64,000 nucleotides of DNA from Neoechinorhynchus agilis (GCA_051530055.1 CM121341.1:372001-436000), one strand, 5' to 3'. Positions 38,088 through 49,312 are shown, numbered from the stretch's first letter. Program-made: numbers and translations. Notes: a model not told the origin generated them from the sequence alone.

Positions 38088-38788
38088 CTACGTTTTTGCC
38101 TATTTTATATTGTACAATTTGTTTTAATCGATCAATACAGAATTAAGCGAGAGAAGCAATATTACACTAACCTCCATGATGGTAGAGATATTCAAATCCG
38201 GAGTTAAAAAGTACGCTGCATGTTGTTGAGTATTTAACAAAGCGAATGAGTAACACTGGAGTGTTTGGTGGTTTCCGTGAAATGAAGCAACCTTTCTCGC
38301 ACTATTATTCTGATTCACTCACATGATTGCCATTACTTCATTCTAGATTCGATATTGATTACATTTGTTTGATAACTAGGAATCCAACTATTTTGTAGTC
38401 ACCAAAAAGCCAAACAAACATCTTGGAGCAGGTACTTTGCTGTAAACCATTCGACAATGAGATTTTCACCTTAGGAATCCCGAACGCCTCAATTTGTTAG
38501 AAGGCAAAACTATAGATTTGATTTCATAGTCATATATTTCGTTTTTATCAGCTCTTTAAAGGACAATTTCTATTTATTTACTCTAAAACGTCTTATTTTA
38601 CCCTAAAATTGGCTCATTCACGGTATTTCGAGAATAGCTCACACATGCGATGGCGGTAGAAACTTAAGTTTTAACGTACAAGTTCTGATTTATAATCATT
38701 GATTTATGCCCGCCGAATTCTTTTAAATCTCTTTCAGTTACTTATCCACCGTTGTTGTATTACGCGTGAAAGTAAACAATCAAAGACC

Positions 38789-40111
38789 TTATATGTTCAT
38801 ACTCAAATTGCGACTATGCTTTATTTTAGAAAAAATTATGAAACTATCACGCCTATCGATTACTGTATTACGTTCAATTTCCACTCTCGGTCGACCGTCC
38901 GCGATTTGCGCTCCGTTCGCAGTAGTCGTTAACGTATTTTGTAATAATATCGGCATTTTTATTACCTTCCGCCGTACCGAGTATTCGAGAATTGTGAGCA
39001 ACTTCAAGGAGATAATGCATGCAAAGTTCCACCTTTTTCAAAAGATCGACGAATATACCCTTATAAAACTGCAAACAAAGTCCAATGAGACTGGAATTCA
39101 CGAACCCATTGAAGACTCTTGGCTCAAAATTGTTTTGTTGATTCGCTTGGATTTTGTAATTAAATTGTGGCATCGCTTGAAATGAATATTGTTGATCACA
39201 AGGATGGAAGTATGATCTCGGATGAGTAAGGACCTCCAGCATCGTAACGTTTGTCATTGAAGGCGGATATAGCACCAAATAAGGATTACAAAAATGCATC
39301 GGCGAGAGATTGTGAGTCTAAGAACCCATCAATCGGGAAAATTGGCGGAACATAAACAAATAATTAGAGCGTAACATTGAAATGTTTTGTAAACAACTTG
39401 ATTTGCTTTCCGGCAAATCACGGTATTTATCAGCAAACGTCCGTATTCGAGTGAACCCAAAGAATTAGTTGGCAAACATCTTATTTACCGGTTTATACTA
39501 AATCGATGCAATACATCCTAATAAACAAAAACCTAAAGATTGTCCGTTTGGGTGGTAACTGCTGTGACTTTTCAATGTAAATTTCGTCGACAGAAGAGAC
39601 AAAATACGTAAATCTTGATTCAAGCACAATCAACAAGCAGTTTTTAATTTGGGCTATATAAAATCGGTGCTTCTGTGATTTTGAATGGTAATGATATGCA
39701 ATCTACGGATACCGATTCGTGTAAGATATCCACAAATGAGCTTAAGAATTGCGACGGCATAATTGTCGATCGAAGCTAACGCTTTCAATGCACTTTTCAA
39801 GAAAAAATCGCACTTATTCACGTTGTGATCGGTGTCTATAACGGCTTTAAGATCGAGCGTAGCGAATATTCGACTAAGCATGCAAGTGTCCAATTTCCGT
39901 CGAAAATTTAAGAAAACCCTAAATTTTCAGAATGTACAAAAAAAACATGACTTTGGCAATGGCAAGCGTATGATTCCGTTTTGTAAAGTTCAATTGATGA
40001 AATTTTGGATAAATATGCAGGAAGAGTAGATGGAGTTGATGTTTCATTCGACTTCCCATACGGACTAGAAGGTTGACATTCCTTTCCACCATCTAAGCCT
40101 TGATCACACAA
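38789..40111 (-). other. Possible unidentified multi-exon gene (helical-looking ORF fragments)
   Basis: Several minus-strand ORFs (38874-39299, 39654-39893, 39908-40111) with protein-like composition and flanking acceptor/donor-like sites. No family recognised and no gene model built. Confidence 0.3.
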
Positions 40112-41291
40112 GAATATAAGCGCAAAATTTAACTAACGGGATCTGTTCAAAGCCGCCGTGGATACTTTACCCAAACAACTACGATTCTTAGGTTAAGCAC
40201 GAAATGAGCACTCAAGGGGTTGCGCAGACTGTAGTTACATCGAGTGTAGAAACACTTGAGTTTTATCTTCACTCTTGTGGCACGGATACTTTAACGACTT
40301 CCTCTACGCTTGTAACTCGAAGAAAGCCATAGTTGTCAATTAAAAAATCTCTACTACATTTCCGACAAGGCTCATTGTACTTCCTGCTAAAAGCATTATT
40401 CTTTGTGCTCAAACAAAAAAGAGATCGATTGAATGCAAACGGGAAGAGCCCGTTTTGTGGTGCACCGAATAAAACAACGACATGTAAACCGGATTCCACT
40501 TTTAAGTCTTTTATTGCACGAAAATTTCAGTTCACAGAACTTTTGTGGACTGATGTCAACAATTCGACTTTCTACCAACTTTAACAAGAATATATGAAAT
40601 AAAATCAAACTCATTTGAAGTACTTAATAATTTTTTCAATCGTAAATGTCATCAAATGTTGCTCGTCATGAAATGCCGAGGTTGCACATTTTTAAATATC
40701 CTTAAATTGTCTCTTATTTTGCGCACGGATTTTTGGAAATCCCGGCTATTTTAATGTGTTAAAAAGAAAAAATGCTTGCGGTGTATTAGCATAGTTTGCC
40801 AACTGAAATTCTACCCATGAAAAATGAAATAACTTTGATTTTTGTATCTGATAAGTGCCATGTAAATGCGATTAAATCAGAGTTTCCTTTCTAAATAAAG
40901 AAGACTAGAACAAGCGGATCGACATTCCCCGGAAGCCATTAAATTTTAAATCAGTTTTATCTATTTTTAATGAAGAATTTCTTTATAGAAAGGCAACGCC
41001 AAACTTCCTTCATTAACTTGGCATTTCGCGTAAATGAGGCTGCTACAAGTTTTTTTAACCTGGTTGAGATCGCCGGAAGCATTAATGACCGAAGAAATGA
41101 TTCTCTTCCCATTCAATTGGAGAGAAACACTACGCTTTCTGCATGCATATTCACAGCAGTATCAAATAATCTCTTTGAGGCGCGGGAAAATCCTGGAATT
41201 TTCTTTAAAAAATCACAATTTCATGACACAACGAAAAAAATGATCAAATTATTCTTGTATAATTTAAGATATTTGTTGCCATTAAGGCACG

Positions 41292-41783
41292 ATGAACCAG
41301 GTTGTCGAGGAAGGAATGCTAAAGATGTTTGAGGATGTATTTTTTAAAGAAACGCAATCAGAATCGGCGAGTTCAGATGCAGTGTTCAATTATGCGTTTT
41401 GTTTGGTACTACAACCCTCAAAAGAGAAGTCGAAAATAACGAAAGGAATAAAACTTCTGAAAGATTTGATCAATAATGCAACAGATGATCGATCAAAGAG
41501 CTATTACTTCTATTATCTAGCAATTGCAACATTTAGACTTGGCGATCGAGATGCAGCTATCGATCTATGCTCTACCAGTGTTCAACTTGATCCCAACAAC
41601 TGTGCAGCAGCGGAAATGTTGAATGAACTAAGTCAAGAATGGATCGCTATTGTCAAAATCGTTGTTTCCTCAGTCCTTATAGCAACTATGATTCAAATTG
41701 GACGCTGTAGTCCCATTAGCCTTGTAATTATGGGCGGTTTGGTGATGGCACATCGAATTTACAAAAAAGTTAAATGCATTTAA
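41292..41783 (+). CDS. FIS1: Mitochondrial fission protein FIS1-like, intronless, with C-terminal membrane anchor
   Basis: FNYAFCLV...ITKGIKLLKDL...YYFYYLAIATFRLGD...LDPNN matches the FIS1 TPR-like motifs. Hydrophobic tail ends in basic residues. Confidence 0.85.
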   Translation: MNQVVEEGMLKMFEDVFFKETQSESASSDAVFNYAFCLVLQPSKEKSKITKGIKLLKDLINNATDDRSKSYYFYYLAIATFRLGDRDAAIDLCSTSVQLDPNNCAAAEMLNELSQEWIAIVKIVVSSVLIATMIQIGRCSPISLVIMGGLVMAHRIYKKVKCI

Positions 41784-42042
41784 TAAGAATCATAAAAATA
41801 ATAAGAGCAGTTAGTGATGGATTTAGAGTAGATTGAGATCGATCGACAAACCCTAAGAAAAAGCAACCAAGAACAGCAATCGAATAATTTTATCGGTGTT
41901 CCGTTTATGAATTCTTCAAACGCACTGTTTTGATTTTGTATTCGAGTACTTTGAATCATTTGTTAAATTTTTAGAATCGAACACAAGTCCCTAGACTAAC
42001 AAAGAAAACAATAAGAATTTTTTTATCTTACAATGCGCGTTT

Positions 42043-43029
42043 TCAAAAACTTAAAGAAAGTTCCTCTTTTTCGCAGTGTTCATGTACGGTCTCAAGACCC
42101 ATTCTGTTTCAGATGCGTCAATTTGATCGACGGTACCAAGTTTAATCATGAACACTTATAGAAAAAAAGAGAGGACATTCATATGAAACGAGGGACTTAC
42201 GTTTCATTTCAAATCTCGGTCCGATTTCGTCGAGATCGATTGCACTGTCATTGTTTGGTTTTATTTGGCGATACGTATAATGCCTAAAATTATCGACGAA
42301 AAACGAAATTTTTTTTGTTTTAACGACGAACCTAAATGAAATGTTGTCTTCGGTATTGATAAAGGAAATGATTCGTTTACTACGATCATGCGGAACAGGG
42401 AAAAGGTATTTAAGAATACTCGTGACTCGTTTTCCCAGATCGGTAGAGAATCCGTCAAAGATAAGGTGCGGATACTCTTCCTTCATAGTACCGGCTCCTT
42501 CGACGTCGCGTCTTAACGTTACATTTGAGAGAGTAAAATAAGCAGTTGGTCCAAACGGAAGATGGCTTATTTGAAGAGCATCCGGTTGTCCGCGGGTTTC
42601 ATGCAAAATGATAAGATCTGTGATTTGTGGATTGGACCGGCACATTGTCATCAGCTCGTGCAAATGACTTGATCCACGATTCACCCGTTCACTGTTTGGC
42701 ACAAGGTGTTTCACTTCCTTTGCGAACGACTTAAGTCTTGAACTTGGATCGTGAGATGTCGTAATCACCACACGAGGATCCTCCACGCCGGCCCAGCGGT
42801 ATTCATCGTCAATACTGTTTACTGGACCTTCTCCGCCAACACCCGTCCACTCCAACGATGTCTGCAAATCGTAGATGCCATCCCTTAGATCCTTAGGCAT
42901 CACACCAATCGTTTGGATTTCCATACACTGCTTAAACCGACGTTTGCGATCCTCAATCGCCTTTTGACGCTGCTCAATCGATTTCCGGTACACATATTCA
43001 CGACGAAGACGGGCTTCACGGCGGAGCAT
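42043..43029 (-). CDS. IMP4: U3 snoRNP Brix-domain protein IMP4
   Basis: MLRREARLRREYVYRKS...DDEYRWAGVEDPRVVITTSHDPSSRL...LHETRGQPDALQISHLPFGPTAYF...EIGPRFEMK. An in-frame 48-bp intron is read through in the ORF track. The last exon gives FMIKLGT...EWVLRPYMNTAKK. Confidence 0.96.
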
Positions 43030-43216
43030 CTTTATAAAAGTGGAAACGAAATAATCTCAAAGACCAACGCCACTTTGCAAAATCCAAAAAAAAACATGAG
43101 ATCACTTTAAACTTACATTTTCATGAAGTACGGAAGAATTTGTTTCAAGGCAAAAATGTGTTTCCTTTTTGTATTCGGTGGTTTTATGGAAAAAAAGGTT
43201 GGTATAACCGACCTGA

Positions 43217-43330
43217 ATGAATGAGTCCCGTCTCCTCGTGAAGTATCTGAGGATCCGGAGAGATGTACGAACTCTTAACGTTTCATCCGGGTTTAAGTGG
43301 TCAGATCACTTCTCTGATGTAAAACATAAG
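43217..43330 (+). mobile_element. Decayed non-LTR retrotransposon RT C-terminal fragment
   Basis: KYLRIRRD...FKWSDHFSDVKHKI resembles the KYLGvxiDxxLxWxxHixxvxxK motif of LINE RTs. Short and degenerate. Confidence 0.3.
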
Positions 43331-43348
43331 ATTCGACCGCCGAAAGTG

Positions 43349-43555
43349 CTAATTCATATCAATAATAATAAAAAAGAAATATATGCGGTCGAGAAAATCA
43401 GCTGACAATGTAACAAATGATTGACCAACGGAAAACCCAGCAGTGACATTCGTCCGATCTGAATTCAAATTGATGATGCTTGCTCCAATCTTCTTTGAGT
43501 AGGACACTAGGAAATTCAAAAGACCTTCAAAGGTATTTTTAGACTTAAACCACAC
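43349..43555 (-). mobile_element. Possible decayed AP-endonuclease fragment of a LINE ORF2
   Basis: LLNFLVSYSKKIGASIINLNSDRTN...SFV resembles LxxfxxxxxLxilNxxxxT. It lies downstream, on the same strand, of the Gag remnant. Confidence 0.25.
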
Positions 43556-44049
43556 AGCTAAAAAAACTAGTTGGGCTCTGTGAACACAAGAACGATGTAG
43601 CGATACTACGTCTTTGTTAGTCTAAATCATGAACAACGAACCACACACACACACATTCAATCGGGTTCAATAATCGGTGATTAACAAATTTCGACGTATT
43701 AAAGAGTATCAACAGTGAAATGGCTCCATCGATCTACTATTATTCAGTGCTGTAATCAAATTTTTAATAAGCTCTTAAGCTCCATATTTTCCTGTTTCAT
43801 GATTTCCAGCTCCTTGTTAACATTCTGACATATTTTCAATTCCTCTTTCAAAGTACTATTTTCTCTCTTTAAACATTCCGAATCAGAGACAACCCTCTTC
43901 ATCTCATGTATTTGAGCTTGTTCTTTAAAAATTATTTTAAAAGTTACTATAGCAGAAGCTGAATTTGAATTGTTGCTACTATTCAGGAAAAAATTTCAAT
44001 ATTTCTTCCCCTCACCGCATCTACTATCATACGCTTTATGATTTATCCC

Positions 44050-44273
44050 GCAATTGGAATTATTGTTTAAGTCTACGCCCTGTAAATGATTATTTATTAA
44101 AGACGTTTCGAACCTCATCGGGTTATCGATAGAGTCTATTACTAACAAACAAAGTGATGATGAACCCGACGAGGTTCGTAACGTCTTTAATAAATAATCA
44201 TTTGCGGGGTGTAGACCTAAACAATAATTCTAATCACATTCCCCGGTACCTCACATATCGACATCAAGCAATT
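44050..44273. mobile_element. 212-bp fold-back pLTR-like insertion with hammerhead remnants and a 6-bp target duplication
   Basis: GCAATT at 44050-44055 and 44268-44273. Inverted arms at about 44053-44124 and 44163-44234, then a 33-nt unique tail. Removing the insert plus one TSD restores the knuckle KCLNCGINHKAYDSRC. Confidence 0.85.
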
Positions 44274-44565
44274 TAAACATTTCCTACTGGATTTATTGGG
44301 ACATTGATTGGGCAAATACTCCCCACTGCAATGGGTACAGGCTACCTTATTCTCACATCTATAAGCTGTATGGCCCCACCCTTGACATTTCCTGCATTTG
44401 CACAAAATGTACTCGTCTATCGGGTTCTTGAAAACGGCAAAAGTTATATTAAATCCACAAAAACCAGTGGAGGTACTATCTCTTCTACCTGCGTTGTTAA
44501 TGTCCGTTTGTCCGAGAATTACGTATGGGAATTGGCTATTAGGTTTATGGATGCCGCCTCCACCG

Positions 44566-45480
44566 CCGTCCTCGCTTCGCTCGGAACCTCGACGCTAGAC
44601 CACAATTTGAAGACGAAAACTTGCCCGCCCAAGACGAGCCAAGTGAAAAGACCAAGGACCTCGATGGCTTAGAGGTGCAGCACATTTTTCCACATCTTTC
44701 GTCGAGTCAAATCTATCTCCGATATGTGGATGATGTGCTGCTGACCTACCACGAGGATAGTGAGGTCGACACAATCGAAGAACAGTTAAATTCAATGGAT
44801 TTAGCAGGTCGCATCAAGGTTACTCGGGATAAGCCACACACGTTGCGACAATGCAAATTAAAAGCGCGAGTCGTCCACAGGATAGGGCCATCACTCAGAC
44901 AGATTTTGACTCAGACCGAGCACCACGAGGATCAAAATGATTGTCCGAGGTCATGTTTGATGTGCTCCCATTGTAGCCCTTCAAGGAACGAAGAAGTACG
45001 CCTCCTCAGACAGTCTTGCCAATCAATATGCGTGTTATATAGGATGCTGTGCCGGCTATGCAAGGACGAAGGGCGGACAACGTTCTACATTGGCAAGACG
45101 GAAAGAGCATTACGTTCACGTGTGACGGAACACGTGCGTAATGCGCGCAATCCGACGGCTCCGTCATACCGATCGACCACATGGGCTACCCATTTCGCTA
45201 CCTCTCACGTTGGTGCCAACCCAACCTTCGAGATTGAGGTGATGCACAAGGCATCCGATCTTGTGGATCTCTTGATTGCCGAGGCGCTATGCATTAATCG
45301 TAGGGGAGTAGTGGGATTGGGTGGGGTTGCGAACAGCAGGGACAGACACAACGAGGCAGAGGGCTTGCTCAATAAGAGGGATGAGCTGACGGACAGCGTT
45401 ACCTTCCTCCGATCCTTTTCAGATCACCGAAGGGAAGCTCCCTGACGAAGACGCAGGCGTCGAAAATTTGGAGTATTAAG
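44566..45480 (+). mobile_element. Internally deleted Penelope-like element (RT YVDD fragment, Cys-rich linker, GIY-YIG endonuclease)
   Basis: IYLRYVDDVLL...RIKVT, then a jump to GPSLRQIL, CPRSCLMC, then VLYRMLCRLCK...FYIGKTERALRSRVTEHVR...LLIAEALCIN...LLNKRDE. The Cys-rich linker before GIY-YIG is typical of the Neptune group (clade call tentative). Confidence 0.88.
45437..45474 (+). ncRNA. Minimal type I hammerhead ribozyme overlapping the PLE stop codon
   Basis: GCTCC (stem I), CTGACGA (45442-45448), A, GACG-CAGG-CGTC (stem II), GAAA, A-T-T (AAUU palindromic stem III), T17, GGAGT (stem I'). The ORF's TGA is 45443-45445. Confidence 0.85.
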
Positions 45481-46962
45481 AAATAAAAAAACACCCATTT
45501 TCGTTGGATAAAAATCTGGAATAAACATGAGGGTGTTGGGAAAAGAGGCTTTCCATAATCTTAATTGTTCTCATATATATTTTTAAAAAATTAAAGAAAT
45601 CTTCTTCCATATTTCCGCTAGTTTATGCGGATGATATATTTCTATTTTGTAAAGCTAGAACATATTCAATCCTAACTAATAATAAAGCTAATTATATGCA
45701 TTATTTGTCTTCGGAACTTAGGAAAGCCAATTTGGTCGTAAATAGTAACAAAACTTTCTTTATTCCACTTAACTAAAACTTTGGTCTCGAGGAAGCTTCT
45801 AATTAATGAATTATCTTCTAATTTAAATTTCCTTAATATCAACTTTAGATCACATTCCAGGATTTTAGGTGTAGACTTCCCTTGTAAGAATTATAGAACA
45901 TTTATCAACTCTTCCGTTAAAAGCCTATTGACAAAAACAGTTATCTTCATCAGAAGAGCAAAAAGGCTCTCCATCCCTTCTCTTTTTATCTTTAGAGATT
46001 TAAAAATCTTTTTAGGGGGTCCATTTGTTTTTTCGCACGAGGCTGGCCCCCTGAAAATAGGCTTTCCTTTTTTCGTACCTTGCTGAATAAGCTTAGTAAT
46101 ATTCTCCTTAGAAATATTGTAGATATGGAACTCCTTTTTGCCTTTTTAACAAGAATTTTTTGTCTAAAATTTGGTTTTTTCTAATCTTAATTCTAACTGT
46201 AAATATTTTAAACACAACTCTTCAATTCTTACAATCTTTTACAATAACTCATCTAGTTTTTTACCCATTAATTCCACTAATCTATTAAACAGGATAGAGG
46301 TAAGTGATTTCTCTACGCTCTTATCTCTTTTACAGGCTCGGGATAGGAAAAGGATAAACATTAATAGACAATAAAAAGGGTACTCGAGGCTACTGTGAGG
46401 GATTTATGAGATCGTCCTTCAACTCACAGTTGTCTTAGGCCCGGGACATGCTGGAACGCATAAACTAAAGAATTAAGGAACTTATTTGTGTGTTTGTATG
46501 AGGAGTGAGTTTTAGTAATAATAGGCATGAGCAAAATAGTTGTTGGCAAATAAAAGTGAGTTTAAAATTAAATACATACTGATTTCACGATCAAGATAAG
46601 GCATTCGATGATATATAAGATAAAATGTTCTAATGAGGCGTTTGTAAAGATTGCACTTTAAATCAACGATAATGGCTGGTTTTTCCGTTAAAGAAAGAGC
46701 GATCAAAATAGTAAAAGTATTATTTCGAAATCAAGTGGAATAGAGTTAAATCTGAAGCGATAATCGGAATCGACGGTATTCAGCTTATGAGAGTGCGTTT
46801 TATGGATATCAGGAAGCTAAACAAAAGCCTTTTTTGTTTTGATTAGTCAAGTTTGCACTTCAGTGACGATTAGTCACAGTCATATCATTGAGTATGAAGA
46901 AGTGTGCGCATCTTGTGTAACGTAAAGTTTTGAACTTTAAGAGGACGACGATTTGAGTGTCA

Positions 46963-48115
46963 ATGCAGCTTAGAAATCACGGTTTCGCAAGAACTGAACA
47001 GGAGTTATCGGCAGTTTTGCCCGATGGACTCAGTGTAGTGCAAACAAATCCAAATAATAATCTTTTCGAAATGCATAGAGTTTTGGATGCGAACCAAAGT
47101 GCTGTAAGTGGATTTGAGCCAAAACAACGCGCTGCTTTCAAAGAGGATCAAATCATAACTCGAAGAGTTCTTAAAAACCAACAGGTTTATAGACAAAATG
47201 TCAGTGTTCGTTTTTTTAAGCCGCCAACACCTGAGCCAGAAGTTGTGATTGTGAAAGAAGTCAGAGACGAACCACAACAGCTTCCGCCTCGGATTATCGA
47301 ACAACGTCCACCAATTCCAAAAACTCCACCTCCTGTTGTGTTACGAGAACATCCACCGAAACCGCCAATAAAGAAGAACCCGCAGATTGTTATAAAGCGC
47401 CTTCCACCTGATCCGCCTACTACACGACAAGTCATAGTAGAGCAATATGACAATCCTCCAGCTAAGCCGCGAAATGTAATCATTGAGCGATGGTTGCCGT
47501 ACGAACTACCGAAAAAGAAGACTGTGGTGTACGGAGGAGCCAACGAAGGTAGGAAAGTGCAACCGGAGGAGGTTCACACTGTACCAATAAAACAAACGGC
47601 AAAGATTGAACGAAACCTCATTGTGGATGGGATATTCCGGGCTGATCCGGACAATTATTTGGACAAGTACGGGGATGAAGTTAGAAGTTTGGGGACGATA
47701 GATGAACAACTTAGTCTAATGGGTTTACATAATATTTTACAGGTTTGCTTATACACTTAATCAATGTTTCATGTTCACATATTTAAAAAAAAGATTGCGG
47801 ACGATAGACTTAACTACAACTTGAAAACTTTTAATTCCGAGATCACTGGACAAAGTTTAAGTAACAACATCCAACTTAATAAAAACCATGGTAGTATGAA
47901 CGATTTTGAACGCGGAAAATTAAAATCTTCGTTTGAAGTTGATGGTTAGTAGACTTCAGAAATCTGCTTCGTTTCAAACAAAATCCCACACAGCTAACGA
48001 AGATATTGGAAGCTTGATTAAACGAATGGAACACGAATCTGGTTTCAACGTTAGTTCGAGATCTGAAAAGAATGAGAGTTTTACCAGTGTTTCAACTGAC
48101 GATGTCTATGTGTAA
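46963..48115 (+). CDS. Proline-rich repeat protein (PPTP / IIERWLPY type), two exons with one apparent frameshift
   Basis: Long ORF with FFKPPTPEPE...VVLREHPPKPP...RQVIVEQ...KPRNVIIERWLPY...ADPDNYLDKYG. Intron at about 47743-47792. The frame shifts near 47935, probably a homopolymer error. Confidence 0.7.
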
Positions 48116-48209
48116 AACTAAAAATCTTTTTGTTTGGAGCTTTAATTTTGAAGTAATTTAGAATTATTGTTTAGGTCACGCATTTTGAGCATCTTTTTTA
48201 ATAACTGGC

Positions 48210-48253
48210 AAACTGATGATGAACCCGATGAGGTTCGCAGAACGTCTTTAATT
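48210..48253 (+). ncRNA. Degenerate hammerhead motif (ACGU-palindrome family)
   Basis: AAA CTGATGA T GAACC-CGATGA-GGTTC gcagaa CGT C TTT. The GAAA is disrupted. Near-identical to the motifs at 44110-44190. Confidence 0.7.
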
Positions 48254-48264
48254 GAAAATATTAT

Positions 48265-48700
48265 TTACCAGGTGAAGAATTGTTGACAAGTCCATTTGGA
48301 AGTCTTTGAATCCAACGCGACACAATCTTGTTTGTATTTTCCTGTGCAAACAAACTTGATAAATGCGTACACGATTGTACCTTCAATAACTTCATCTTTT
48401 TCCGCCATAAAGATCTTCTTCATGTTGCTTGTAAGTTTTTTCAGCAACCTCAACAAATCCGACAAGAGACGGATGAAATATTTTTGAATTAATAAATCAA
48501 TCTTTATTCTTCTCATCAAACCAAAGAACACATAAATGAACAATTTCTTTACAAAAATCTTACTATTGATATCGATTGACGTGGACTCTTCAACGCACGG
48601 ATTGATATTTGACCAAAACGCAACCTTCTTTATCATTACAATGTCCGCACGGCACATTTTAGAACCAATTTTTAGCGCTAACAAAAATCTCCATTGGTTT
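48265..48700 (-). pseudogene. Decayed coding fragment, possibly a DNA-transposase C-terminus (P-element/THAP9-like)
   Basis: Frame-broken pieces VPCGHCND, HPSLVGFVEVAEKTYK and KIVSRWIQRL loosely resemble CxxC...PSxxv...aExxfr. Shares 23/25 nt with the interior of the MITE at 49078-49102. Confidence 0.25.
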
Positions 48701-48729
48701 TTTCTGGATAGACATTTAAAGAAGTATAC

Positions 48730-48907
48730 TTTTGGTGAAAATAATCCCGGTCATAATCTATTTGATTTAGATTTATAGGGGAAACATTTCAAGCGAAGTA
48801 AACTCACCTGATCAGTCATTAAGTTTCAAACAATGACTGATGAGGGGAGGTTACTTCGTTCGAAATATTTCAAATATATGTTATGATCCGGATTATTTTC
48901 ACCAAAA
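48730..48907. mobile_element. Fold-back pLTR-like element with one core-intact and one decayed inverted hammerhead, satellite-C family
   Basis: Plus strand: TGA CTGATGA (48837-48843) ggggaggttacttcgttc GAAA TAT T TCA (to 48872). 48781-48820 is its mutated reverse complement. Outer arms ttttggtgaaaataatcc...cataa pair with ttatg...ggattattttcaccaaaa. Confidence 0.8.
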
Positions 48908-49022
48908 TTCTAATTTGATTTACCCGTAGGATTTTCTCCGTCGATGATTTAATGATATGGATATAACGTAAAGAAATGTCGCAGTTTGGCTTTTAAAAAT
49001 CATTCTTTTCATAAAGAAGTGT

Positions 49023-49188
49023 TTGTTTATGCCGGTGAAAAATTAAAGTGATTTTATTGATTCCAATTGTTTTCGGCGGCACAATCGTGTACGCGTTTAT
49101 CACAAAGTTGTTGTTAAAGTGTTTTAGTCGTGTACCGAAAACAATTGGAATCGAAAAAATCGCTTTAATTTTTCACCGGTATAAACAA
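49023..49188. mobile_element. MITE-like element, 166 bp, with 54-bp terminal inverted repeats
   Basis: 49023-49076 versus the reverse complement of 49135-49188 match at 50/54. No clear TSD. Confidence 0.8.
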
Positions 49189-49312
49189 CCATGAACAATT
49201 CAATCGCTTCGATATCACGACGAAGCGAAAAATCGCGCTTGTTGTTTTAAAAAAATTTCGTGCGCGGATATGGATTATGGCATTGAGGTCTTGAGACCTC
49301 CTGATCCCTCGG

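Larger units (their letters stand above)
43750..46370 (-). mobile_element. Decayed LINE ORF1 (Gag-like, triple zinc knuckle), interrupted by two insertions
   Basis: KCRKCQGWGHTAYRC-ENKVACTHCSGEYLPNQC-PNKSSRKCLNC[insert]GINHKAYDSRC. The upstream part KPNSQFPYVIL...IDEYIL is similar to the copy at 49.7 kb. A stop-interrupted Lys/Glu-rich coiled-coil-like frame at 45560-46370 is tentatively its 5' part. Confidence 0.65.

Noticed and set aside
42043-42075. Altered IMP4 C-terminus (KKEELSLSF*) and the frameshift near 47935 in the Pro-rich gene
   Set aside because: Removing one base from a homopolymer restores KKRNFL* and a continuous frame respectively. Most likely long-read errors rather than recoding or pseudogenisation.
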